A stretch of 38,261 nt of DNA from Planctomycetota bacterium (GTDB lineage Bacteria > Planctomycetota > UBA8108 > UBA1146): contig JAYZBV010000041.1 in NCBI GenBank assembly GCA_036338595.1, forward strand, positions 1 to 38,261, written 5' to 3'. Position numbers and translations under genes: made by a program. Of this stretch, positions 8,286-15,858 are shown piece after piece (the stretch's first letter is position 1; every line of letters begins with the position of its first letter). The notes under the pieces were generated by a model. It was given only the letters and a program-made list of their open reading frames with translations. It was not told the origin of the DNA and did not search any database.

Positions 8286-9839
8286 TCAGAGTCCTAGCGC
8301 CGTGCGAATCCGTTGATTCAGGGTTGTTTGTGCCGCGTCATCGGTGACCACCTCGACGATGAGCGGAGCTCCGACCAAGGCGCGCGCGACCGATTCACGC
8401 TGCCACGCTTCCTCATCCTCTGCCGCGACCAGAACCATCACGCCCGGACCTGGATGCTTCTGATCCGCCAGTGGCGGATCGGGAAGGCCCTCCATCCCGA
8501 ACCAACCTGGACCTGAAGAGATGCGGGCGACCGTCCGCGGCCAATCGGGATCTCCAATCGCGACCGATGCGATCAGATCTGCGGCTTCTCCTCGTCCTGC
8601 CAGCACGACACGATCCGCTTGTAGATGGCGCTGCTCGAGCAGTTGTTCGCGCAACCTCTGGAGGCCAAAGCCAACCGTGGCCACATCTTCATCCCGGTGA
8701 TCCTCATCGATCCAGCCGGGACCCGATTCTCCGGAGTAGATCGGCTCCACCACCACGATGCAGGGTTCAGAGCCGAGTTCCTCTCGCCATGCAGAGAGAA
8801 CCTCTCCCGCATCCGTATCGACACCGGCGAGCCAGATCAACAGGGGAGCACTCCCTGCACTACGAGCCGGAGCGTCGATGCGGTAGCGAAGCGGACGCGG
8901 CATGAACACGGCCAGTCCATCGGCGTGAAGGCCCCGTGCCAGTGGTCGGGTGGCCACGATCCAATCGCCTCTTCGATCACCCTTCTCGACATCGAATCGG
9001 TCCAGATCCAGAGAGGGAATGACATGAACCGTATCGGCCTCGACATCGCTGCGACGCAATCTCACCTGATGAGCCACGCCGTCTCCTTCGAGTGTATGAA
9101 AGCCACCATTGATGTGGACGATCAGCGCCTCGGGGTACTCATCGAGGGCCCTGACCACCGATTCAGCCATCGTGTTGTCCCACAGGCTCTGTACCTTTTC
9201 GAGGCGATCCTCGGGGGTCTGGCCCGCAGGAGCGTGGCCATGTCCTCGCACCGTCCGATCATATCGCTGCCAGTAGCGTTCGCTGTTGGGAAGCAACTGT
9301 TCGGCGATGGTGGCGCGTGATTCTTCATCGAGCGCCTCGAGTCCTCCTCCGAAGGCGACCGTTCTCCACACGGGTCTCGGAACATTGGCCGCAACCACTG
9401 GAACCCCGACATTCCGCGCCCATTCGATGATCGGTCTGTACCCGGTTTCGTAATTGTTCCACGGCTCCGACCCGGCCAGAAATGTATCTTCGCTGATGGA
9501 TCCGGCAAGGTAGTCATCGAGGATCCCCTGGCGATCACGACCGAACATCTCGAGCGTGACCACGATCGACCTTCCCGATTGGTGCAGCCCCTCAAGCAGT
9601 GCGAGTTCGACCCTGTGGGTCACATCATCGAGGTGCGTTTCGCCGACGAAGACGACACGATTGTCGCGTAGATCGGCGATCATCTCATCGAAGCCACTTT
9701 CAATCCCATCCGAGGATCGATGGATGCGCACCAGTTTATCGAGGGGATGAATTGAACCAGAACCGGAAGTGACAGGGATCCCGTGACAACCTATGACCAG
9801 CAACGCCAGCAAGATCCAGCACGGCAAGAAGTTTCTCAT
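8286..9839 (-). CDS. ChaN-family lipoprotein fused to a degenerate alpha/beta-hydrolase-like C-terminal domain
   Basis: Lipobox VIGC; VVFVGETH, LEMF, YRPIIEWA..VVAAN.PR, QSLWDNTMAES, HINGGFH; C-terminal PLLIWLAG...RVVLAGRGE. Confidence 0.8.
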   Translation of the reverse strand: MRNFLPCWILLALLVIGCHGIPVTSGSGSIHPLDKLVRIHRSSDGIESGFDEMIADLRDNRVVFVGETHLDDVTHRVELALLEGLHQSGRSIVVTLEMFGRDRQGILDDYLAGSISEDTFLAGSEPWNNYETGYRPIIEWARNVGVPVVAANVPRPVWRTVAFGGGLEALDEESRATIAEQLLPNSERYWQRYDRTVRGHGHAPAGQTPEDRLEKVQSLWDNTMAESVVRALDEYPEALIVHINGGFHTLEGDGVAHQVRLRRSDVEADTVHVIPSLDLDRFDVEKGDRRGDWIVATRPLARGLHADGLAVFMPRPLRYRIDAPARSAGSAPLLIWLAGVDTDAGEVLSAWREELGSEPCIVVVEPIYSGESGPGWIDEDHRDEDVATVGFGLQRLREQLLEQRHLQADRVVLAGRGEAADLIASVAIGDPDWPRTVARISSGPGWFGMEGLPDPPLADQKHPGPGVMVLVAAEDEEAWQRESVARALVGAPLIVEVVTDDAAQTTLNQRIRTALGL

Positions 9840-10387
9840 TTCAGTCCCTCATGATTCATGATCCAGTCAGAAGCCTCACGAAGGTCCGCCACCTCTACCG
9901 CCACTTCCAGTGCCGGATCGAGCGGCGCCAGACCTCTACCGGTGGCCACACGGACACCGATCATGCCGAGGCTGTTTGCCGCCTCGATGTCACAGGGAGA
10001 ATCCCCGATCATCACCGATCGTCCCAGATCGATGTCATGCGAAAGCGCAGCCCGCTCGAACATCTCGGTCCCGGGCTTACGGCAGCGGCAACCCGCATCC
10101 GGCAGATGAGGGCAGTACTCCACGGATGCGATGGGAGCCCCCCAGGACAGCGAATCCTGACACAACTGCTGATGGATCTGCTCGACGCGAGCCTGATCCG
10201 TCCAACCTCTACCGATGGCAGACTGATTGGTCACGACCACGATGGGCCAGCCCAGTTGTCCCAGACACTTCATCGCCTCGGCCGTGAACGAGTAATAGCT
10301 GAACTGATCGAGGGAGAGCACGGATTCGACCCGGAAGTGATTGATGACCCCGTCTCGGTCGAGGAAGAGTCCTGGCTGGCCACTCAA
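9836..10387 (-). CDS. gmhB: D,D-heptose 1,7-bisphosphate phosphatase (HAD IIIA)
   Basis: FLDRDGVIN, VVTNQS.IGRG, CPH..C.CRKP, MIGD..DI. Confidence 0.88.
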   Translation of the reverse strand: MSGQPGLFLDRDGVINHFRVESVLSLDQFSYYSFTAEAMKCLGQLGWPIVVVTNQSAIGRGWTDQARVEQIHQQLCQDSLSWGAPIASVEYCPHLPDAGCRCRKPGTEMFERAALSHDIDLGRSVMIGDSPCDIEAANSLGMIGVRVATGRGLAPLDPALEVAVEVADLREASDWIMNHEGLK

Positions 10388-11031
10388 GACTCCGATGTTC
10401 CCGTCGTCCGCTCGGCAAGAAAACTACGGATCGCAACCCTGAAACCATGAATGACCATGTGCGCCATCACCATGTGGGCGTCCTGCGCTGATTGCATATC
10501 CTGGACATCCACATGCATCGGATGATCGACCAGCCCTTTCAATCTCCCGCCATCGAATCCCGTCATCGCCGCGGTCACGCATCCCAGTGCGCCGGCACGT
10601 TCGATGGCCGAGACCAGGTTTGAAGAATTTCCAGAGCCACTCAGCGTCAGCACCAGGTCACCCGGCCGAGCCCACTGCTGGACCTGCTCGGAGAAGACGG
10701 AATCAAAATCGAGATCGTTTCCGAGAGCCGTGATGGTCGCAGCACTGTCGTTGAGGCACAGCACTCGCAACCGTTTTGCCTCGGAAAAAGGAATCGCGTA
10801 TGTGGCGAGATCTTCTGCCAGGTGGGTTGCTGTCGCTGCGCTTCCACCGTTGCCAAAGAGCAGCAACTGGCGATCCTGGTGCCAGGCATCCACGACACTG
10901 GCAGTGAAGCGGGCGACCATCCCTGTATCGATCTGTTGTATCGCCCTCTGACTGCCTGCGAGGTATCCGAGCAGTTCCTGCTGGATCGCCTCCGGATCGG
11001 GCCGAGTTCTCGAGTCATCGTCGGGTGCCAA
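10384..11031 (-). CDS. gmhA: SIS-domain phosphoheptose isomerase (GmhA-like)
   Basis: GNGGSAA.A.H, ND...F..Q, SGSGNS, TGFDGG, QDAH; 4-nt overlap with gmhB. Confidence 0.82.
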   Translation of the reverse strand: MAPDDDSRTRPDPEAIQQELLGYLAGSQRAIQQIDTGMVARFTASVVDAWHQDRQLLLFGNGGSAATATHLAEDLATYAIPFSEAKRLRVLCLNDSAATITALGNDLDFDSVFSEQVQQWARPGDLVLTLSGSGNSSNLVSAIERAGALGCVTAAMTGFDGGRLKGLVDHPMHVDVQDMQSAQDAHMVMAHMVIHGFRVAIRSFLAERTTGTSES

Positions 11032-11123
11032 GGTGATTCTCCTTCAGTTACTCTGAGGATACATCCTCAGCGGCTCCGAGGTAGGATCCTCCTTCCGGTT
11101 CGATCGGCTCGAAGGGAGCCCAG

Positions 11124-12164
11124 ATGCTCAGCGTCTCGACATCGCTGCTGAGGGATCCTCCGCAGCCATTCTCTGACCAGGTCTCATCGATCCTCGATGC
11201 CGGCATCCCTGGTGTCGTCGTGGGGGCAGAGATCGTCACCGATCAGATCCCTGCGCTGGTTCGGGAAGTGAGGGGCGCTGGATATTCGATGACCGCAATG
11301 GAAGCTCCTCGTCCGGTCGCCTCGGCAACCGTGAGGAGTCTGCATCCTCGACTTCGCTGCCCGTCGCTGGCATCGGCGGAAGAAACGCAGCGGCAACTGG
11401 CCCAGCGGTCGACGCTCGAAACCGTTTCGCTGGCGGATCGTCATGAGATCGATGTTGTGATCGTGTCCATCCCCCAGGTGCAGCGGGACGATCGGATTCA
11501 CCGTTGCGAACAGGTGATCGCCGATACCGACGCCAAGTTCGATGCACTGGGATCCGTGGACACCCGCGATCCACGACAGAAGTTGCTCGCGAAGCGATGG
11601 TCCGAGGAGCAGCAGCGTCAATTGAGAGATCTGGCCCGTCCCGACGAAGCGATGAGACACCACCGCCAGGTAGCGCTCGATGCACTGTTGAGGAGCCTCG
11701 ATCCGCTGCTGGAACGGGCTTCCCGGCACGGCATCCGACTGGCACTTCGAGAAACCTGCCACATCGGCGGCCTCATCGACCGCAGCGGTTTCGAAGAGGT
11801 GTATCAGGTCTTCCGTGGTGCTCCGCTGCAGTTGGTGGCCGATCCTGCTGCAGCAACTGCCCTTTCCATCCTCGAGGGGCTCGATCAGGTGCCGCCTCTT
11901 CCGGAGGATCCGGATCTCATCGAAGGATGCTACCTTCGGGACCTCTCCGGAACACGACCTGGAGCACTGCTTGGCGACGGAGATCTCGATCTCATGGTCA
12001 GTTACGACGGATATTCTGACGCATCGGCTCGAATCATCGAGGCACCGATGGGAACCGCCGCCGATCGGATGGCGATGGTGGCAAGAACCTGTCGCGAACT
12101 CGGCATCGATGGCGCACCGCCGCCGCTGCCGGGCGATCCACTCCCCATCATCGGCGGGGATTGA
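11124..12164 (+). CDS. Xylose-isomerase/AP-endonuclease-like TIM-barrel protein, divergent
   Basis: LSVST start, SLAS.EE..R..A, GIRLALRET, DP, YLRD, G.GDLD, IIE pattern. Confidence 0.65.
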   Translation: MLSVSTSLLRDPPQPFSDQVSSILDAGIPGVVVGAEIVTDQIPALVREVRGAGYSMTAMEAPRPVASATVRSLHPRLRCPSLASAEETQRQLAQRSTLETVSLADRHEIDVVIVSIPQVQRDDRIHRCEQVIADTDAKFDALGSVDTRDPRQKLLAKRWSEEQQRQLRDLARPDEAMRHHRQVALDALLRSLDPLLERASRHGIRLALRETCHIGGLIDRSGFEEVYQVFRGAPLQLVADPAAATALSILEGLDQVPPLPEDPDLIEGCYLRDLSGTRPGALLGDGDLDLMVSYDGYSDASARIIEAPMGTAADRMAMVARTCRELGIDGAPPPLPGDPLPIIGGD

Positions 12165-12244
12165 ATCGGGCTTCTGCGAGGTGTGGAACGAACCAAAAAT
12201 CTGGTGTGAGTACCAGAATCACCGGGGACCCGCATATATCGGGG

Positions 12245-12301
12245 AAAAAAAGAGACCCAACCCAGAAGGGGGAAATTAGGGGAATGTTCCGGGCCGGGTC
12301 T
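12245..12301 (-). terminator. Intrinsic terminator on the minus strand with a C-rich loop
   Basis: Minus-strand AGACCCGGCCCGGAA pairs with TTCTGGGTTGGGTCT (15 bp including 3 G-U, which would be A-C mismatches on the plus strand); 19-nt loop CATTCCCCTAATTTCCCCC; T7 tail. Confidence 0.7.
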
Positions 12302-12430
12302 TCAGGAACTAGTCAGGACTCGGAGACGAACAGAACTCCACTCCGGAGCGGGCCACGCCGTGCGCGTAACATCCAGAGCAGTGGGAACTCAACACGACCC
12401 TGTCGATTGAAGGGTCCGGAATCCCCTATG
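12245..12430 (-). ncRNA. Candidate structured non-coding RNA (6S-like rod or sRNA)
   Basis: About 150-nt nested imperfect inverted repeat 12277-12428 (TAGGGGAATGTTCCGG / CCGGAATCCCCTA plus inner helices and internal loops) in a 500-bp intergenic gap, ending in an orphan terminator. Confidence 0.5.
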
Positions 12431-12522
12431 CATTCCGTCTCACGAGATCGAGTGGATTGTCCACAAACTTCCAACACTCGTCCAGAAAAAAGCCCCTTCC
12501 TGCACAGAGTTTTTTTCCCCTG

Positions 12523-12551
12523 TTGCCGCAGGTGCTCCGGGCCACTATGCT
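12523..12551 (+). promoter_or_regulatory. Putative sigma70 promoter for aminotransferase-pgi
   Basis: TTGCCG-N17-TATGCT with A/T tracts upstream. Confidence 0.45.
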
Positions 12552-12662
12552 CAATGAAAGTGACACAAAGCCTTTCCAGGAACCACCTTGGACCACTCTG
12601 GATTGCAGGAATCGGCGTCCGATCGAGTCTGGCTTCGAGCACCACCGTGAGAGGAGCTTTTT

Positions 12663-13877
12663 TTGACCATTTCCAAGGGAGTTCTCCTCTCTCTCACGAA
12701 ATCTTCCTGGATCCGCAAGATGTTTGAAGAGGGCAACCGGCTCAAGAGCATCCACGGCGAGGACGGCGTCTTCGATTTCACCCTCGGAAATCCGCATCTG
12801 CCTCCACCCCCCGAATTTGTCGATCGACTTCGAGAACTTGTCAACGGATCGCAGGAGGGGATTCACCGCTACATGCCCAACTCTGGCTGGCCACAGGTCA
12901 GGGACAAGATCGCAGTCGACCTCGTGAATCGAACAGAACTGCCATGGACCGGATCCCACATCGTGATGACGGTCGGAGCAGGCGGGGCCCTCAACATCAT
13001 CCTCAAGACCCTGCTCAATCCCGGTGACGAGGTACTCGTACTCAGTCCTTACTTCGTCGAGTACCTCTTCTACATCCAGAACCACGGCGGGGTTCCTGTC
13101 GACTGCCCGACAACAGAAGATTTCTGCCCTGACCCTGAGGAACTGCTATCAAAGGTCACCAGTAGAACCAAGGCTGTCATCATCAACAGCCCGAACAACC
13201 CGACAGGCCGTGTTTACAGTCAGTCCGAGTTGAATCAATTCTGCGATGGGCTGAGGATCGCATCGAAGCGCATCGGACATCCCATCTACCTGATCAGCGA
13301 TGAACCTTATCGAAAGATCACCTACAAGGATGTGAAGTGCCCTGAAATCGCGCACCACTATGACGACTCGATCATCGTCACGTCCCATTCCAAGGATCTG
13401 GGCCTGGCGGGGGATCGAATTGGATACCTGGCCGTGCATCCCTCAGCCACCGACCTCGCTGATCTGGTCGCCGGATGCACCTTCTGTAATCGCACTCTCG
13501 GGTTCGTCAACGCCCCCAGCCTCTTCCAGCTGGCCATCGCCGATTGTCAGCAGGTCAGCGTCGATCTCAGCGAGTACGAGCAGAACCGTTTGACCCTCAC
13601 CAAACACCTCGATCAACTGGGCTTCCGCTTCGTTCAGCCCGGTGGCGCCTTCTTCCTCTTCCCCCACAGTCCTGAAGCGGATGATGTCCAGTTCGTCGAA
13701 CAGGCGATGAATGAACGGATCCTGGTCGTTCCTGGCACTGGTTTTGGCAGATCGGGCCACTTCAGGCTCTCTTTTGCGGTGCCCAATGAGATGGTCGAGA
13801 GGTCGCTTCCCGCCTGGGAAACACTCGCTTCAAAATGTCCTGCGCTCGGGCGAGATCCGGAACGGACTCTCGATTGA
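12663..13877 (+). CDS. PLP-dependent class I aminotransferase (aspartate aminotransferase-like)
   Basis: SWIRKMFEEG, DFTLGNP, INSPNNPTG, SDEPY, SHSKDLGLAGDRIG; GAGGAG SD before TTG. Confidence 0.93.
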   Translation: MTISKGVLLSLTKSSWIRKMFEEGNRLKSIHGEDGVFDFTLGNPHLPPPPEFVDRLRELVNGSQEGIHRYMPNSGWPQVRDKIAVDLVNRTELPWTGSHIVMTVGAGGALNIILKTLLNPGDEVLVLSPYFVEYLFYIQNHGGVPVDCPTTEDFCPDPEELLSKVTSRTKAVIINSPNNPTGRVYSQSELNQFCDGLRIASKRIGHPIYLISDEPYRKITYKDVKCPEIAHHYDDSIIVTSHSKDLGLAGDRIGYLAVHPSATDLADLVAGCTFCNRTLGFVNAPSLFQLAIADCQQVSVDLSEYEQNRLTLTKHLDQLGFRFVQPGGAFFLFPHSPEADDVQFVEQAMNERILVVPGTGFGRSGHFRLSFAVPNEMVERSLPAWETLASKCPALGRDPERTLD

Positions 13878-15175
13878 GCATCCTGTGGACGCCCGTGACC
13901 GGAAACGACTGCGCCTCCTCCTTGCAATCCCTGCAACAGATTCTGAGCGACCCTCCCGGATTCGTGACAGCGCTGGAAGACGATGATGAGTTGTCGAGGG
14001 TAGAAGTTGTCGCCACCACTGTAGCCGCCGAGGACTCGATCCTGCTGCTGGGAATCGGCGGATCGGCACTGGGGACTCGTGCCCTCGCAGATGCCCTCGC
14101 CACATCTGCTGAGCGGCTCACCGTTCTCGACAACATCGATCCGGATGGCGTCGATCGAGCCCTTTCAAATCTTGACATGAGTCGTACCACGGTGCTGGTC
14201 ATCTCGAAGTCAGGCTCTACGGCGGAAACCTCGGCTCAGTTGTTGAGAGTATTTGAAGAGTTGAAGAATGCCGGTGTGGATCCGGATGAGAAGATCATCG
14301 CCATCACCGATCCACAGCACGGACCCCTTCGAGCGATGGTGAACTCTCGCGGGTGGAGGTCACTAGATGTCCCTCCAGATGTGGGCGGCCGCTACTCGGT
14401 GATGACCGCAGTCGGCTGGCTCCCCGCAACACTGTGCGGAATCGACATTCACGCGATTCGAGATGGAGCCCGCGCGGCCCTTGCAGACCTCAGGGCTGCC
14501 GACGAGAGCCACTCGCTGGTGCGCTGGATCAGTGGGTGGACCCAGCACCACGCCCATCGCAAGACGGTGGTGATGTTCCCCTACAGAGATCGGCTTCGTA
14601 CCTTCGGGGATTGGTTCGCCCAGTTGTGGGCGGAAAGTCTGGGCAAGCGTCACGACCTGCACGGTTCCGAGGTGTGGGCGGGATCCACCCCGATGATCGC
14701 CAGAGGCGTGACCGATCAACACTCACTCGTACAACTGTTTGCCGAGGGGCCCGACGACAAGCAGTACGTGTTTCTCGACGCCCGGATCGAGACGGCGGAT
14801 CCGCCGATCGACACCGAGACGGCGACTCTGCACGAAGATCTGGGCTATCTCGGCGGAAAGAGTCTGGGTCAACTCCACGCCGCCGAACAGTCGGGAACGA
14901 TGGCTGCATTGTCGGCCTCCGGGCGACCCGTCTCGAAGATGACCCTCGAAAACCTCGATGCCCAGCATCTGGGAGCACTGATGCTGACCTGGGAGATGGC
15001 GACCTTGATGGCGGCAGCGGCCCTGCAGGTGGACCCCTTCGATCAGCCGGGAGTCGAGGCAGGGAAGGCGGTCGCATTTGCCAAGATGGGTCGCGAGGGG
15101 TGGGCACAGCAGGCGGAAGCGATCCTGGCGGGAGCGTCGGTGGTCTCGCCGGCACCACCGATCCCCGTGCACTAG
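13874..15175 (+). CDS. pgi: Glucose-6-phosphate isomerase
   Basis: GIGGSALG, ISKSGSTAET, VGGRYSV, QLWAESLGK, TDQHS..QL, PFDQPGVEAGK; TTG overlaps the upstream TGA. Confidence 0.93.
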   Translation: MSILWTPVTGNDCASSLQSLQQILSDPPGFVTALEDDDELSRVEVVATTVAAEDSILLLGIGGSALGTRALADALATSAERLTVLDNIDPDGVDRALSNLDMSRTTVLVISKSGSTAETSAQLLRVFEELKNAGVDPDEKIIAITDPQHGPLRAMVNSRGWRSLDVPPDVGGRYSVMTAVGWLPATLCGIDIHAIRDGARAALADLRAADESHSLVRWISGWTQHHAHRKTVVMFPYRDRLRTFGDWFAQLWAESLGKRHDLHGSEVWAGSTPMIARGVTDQHSLVQLFAEGPDDKQYVFLDARIETADPPIDTETATLHEDLGYLGGKSLGQLHAAEQSGTMAALSASGRPVSKMTLENLDAQHLGALMLTWEMATLMAAAALQVDPFDQPGVEAGKAVAFAKMGREGWAQQAEAILAGASVVSPAPPIPVH

Positions 15176-15216
15176 AAGATCACCCGATGATGCCTGTGCA
15201 GCAGAAGCGTCTCGGC

Positions 15217-15777
15217 TCAGCTCTTCGAGGTCGTTTTCCTGTTCGAAACGAGCCTCACTCGAGCACTCCACTCGTCTGCGCTGATCACGCCCTTCTGGAT
15301 CAATAACTCGATGAGGGACTGCTGAAGAACAGCCGCATCGACAGGAACTTGGCCCGCGGTGGTGGGCTTGGTGGTACGCGTCCTGGAGGTCTTCTTGCCC
15401 TGGGGCTTTTTTTCCTGGGTCTTGCTGGTCTTTTTCCCTGCAGGCTGCCCGACTCTGGCTCGCCCGGGCGCATCTCTTCTTGAAGAGGCGGCAGCGCGAT
15501 GGTCGATGGTTGTCACATCTGCTTCGAAAAATTCGATCGGAAGCGAGAAGCGCTCCGCAAGCCGACGGACCAGTGCCCTACTGGGAAAGGACTGCCCATC
15601 GAGCACATCCTGGATGGTATTGGTGAGCACCCCGATCCCCTTCGCGAGGCCGGGAACCGTCTCGTGATGGGCATCGATCAGGAAGCGGATCTTGCGGATC
15701 ACGATCTCGGGTACGAGAGCCTGTTCTTCACCTTGGCGATCCACCGTGTTGTTTCTGTTCTTGTCTCGCTGGGTCAT
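15217..15777 (-). CDS. XRE-family HTH protein with Lys/Thr-rich linker
   Basis: LAKGIGV..NTIQ..LDG..FPS...V.RLA..F......F HTH_3 pattern; C-terminal LIELLIQKGVIS.DEW; GGAGG SD. Confidence 0.75.
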   Translation of the reverse strand: MTQRDKNRNNTVDRQGEEQALVPEIVIRKIRFLIDAHHETVPGLAKGIGVLTNTIQDVLDGQSFPSRALVRRLAERFSLPIEFFEADVTTIDHRAAASSRRDAPGRARVGQPAGKKTSKTQEKKPQGKKTSRTRTTKPTTAGQVPVDAAVLQQSLIELLIQKGVISADEWSARVRLVSNRKTTSKS

Positions 15778-15858
15778 TCGTCCTCCGGAGTGGGGTTGGC
15801 CAGACGGTTCTCATCTGTCCTATCGGCACCCGCTGCCAGAATCTGAAGCCCTTTCCCA

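Noticed and set aside
12162..12210. Selenocysteine read-through of the TGA ending the TIM-barrel gene
   Set aside because: A second TGA follows within 15 codons; no SECIS-like hairpin or redox motif
12457..12465. DnaA-box-like TTGTCCACA suggesting oriC
   Set aside because: Single one-mismatch box; no box cluster, DUE or dnaA/dnaN context
12313..12645. 110-aa minus-strand ORF that could explain the orphan terminator, or a type I toxin
   Set aside because: No SD, no hydrophobic helix or domain, and it crosses the promoter of the plus-strand gene; not fully excluded without conservation data
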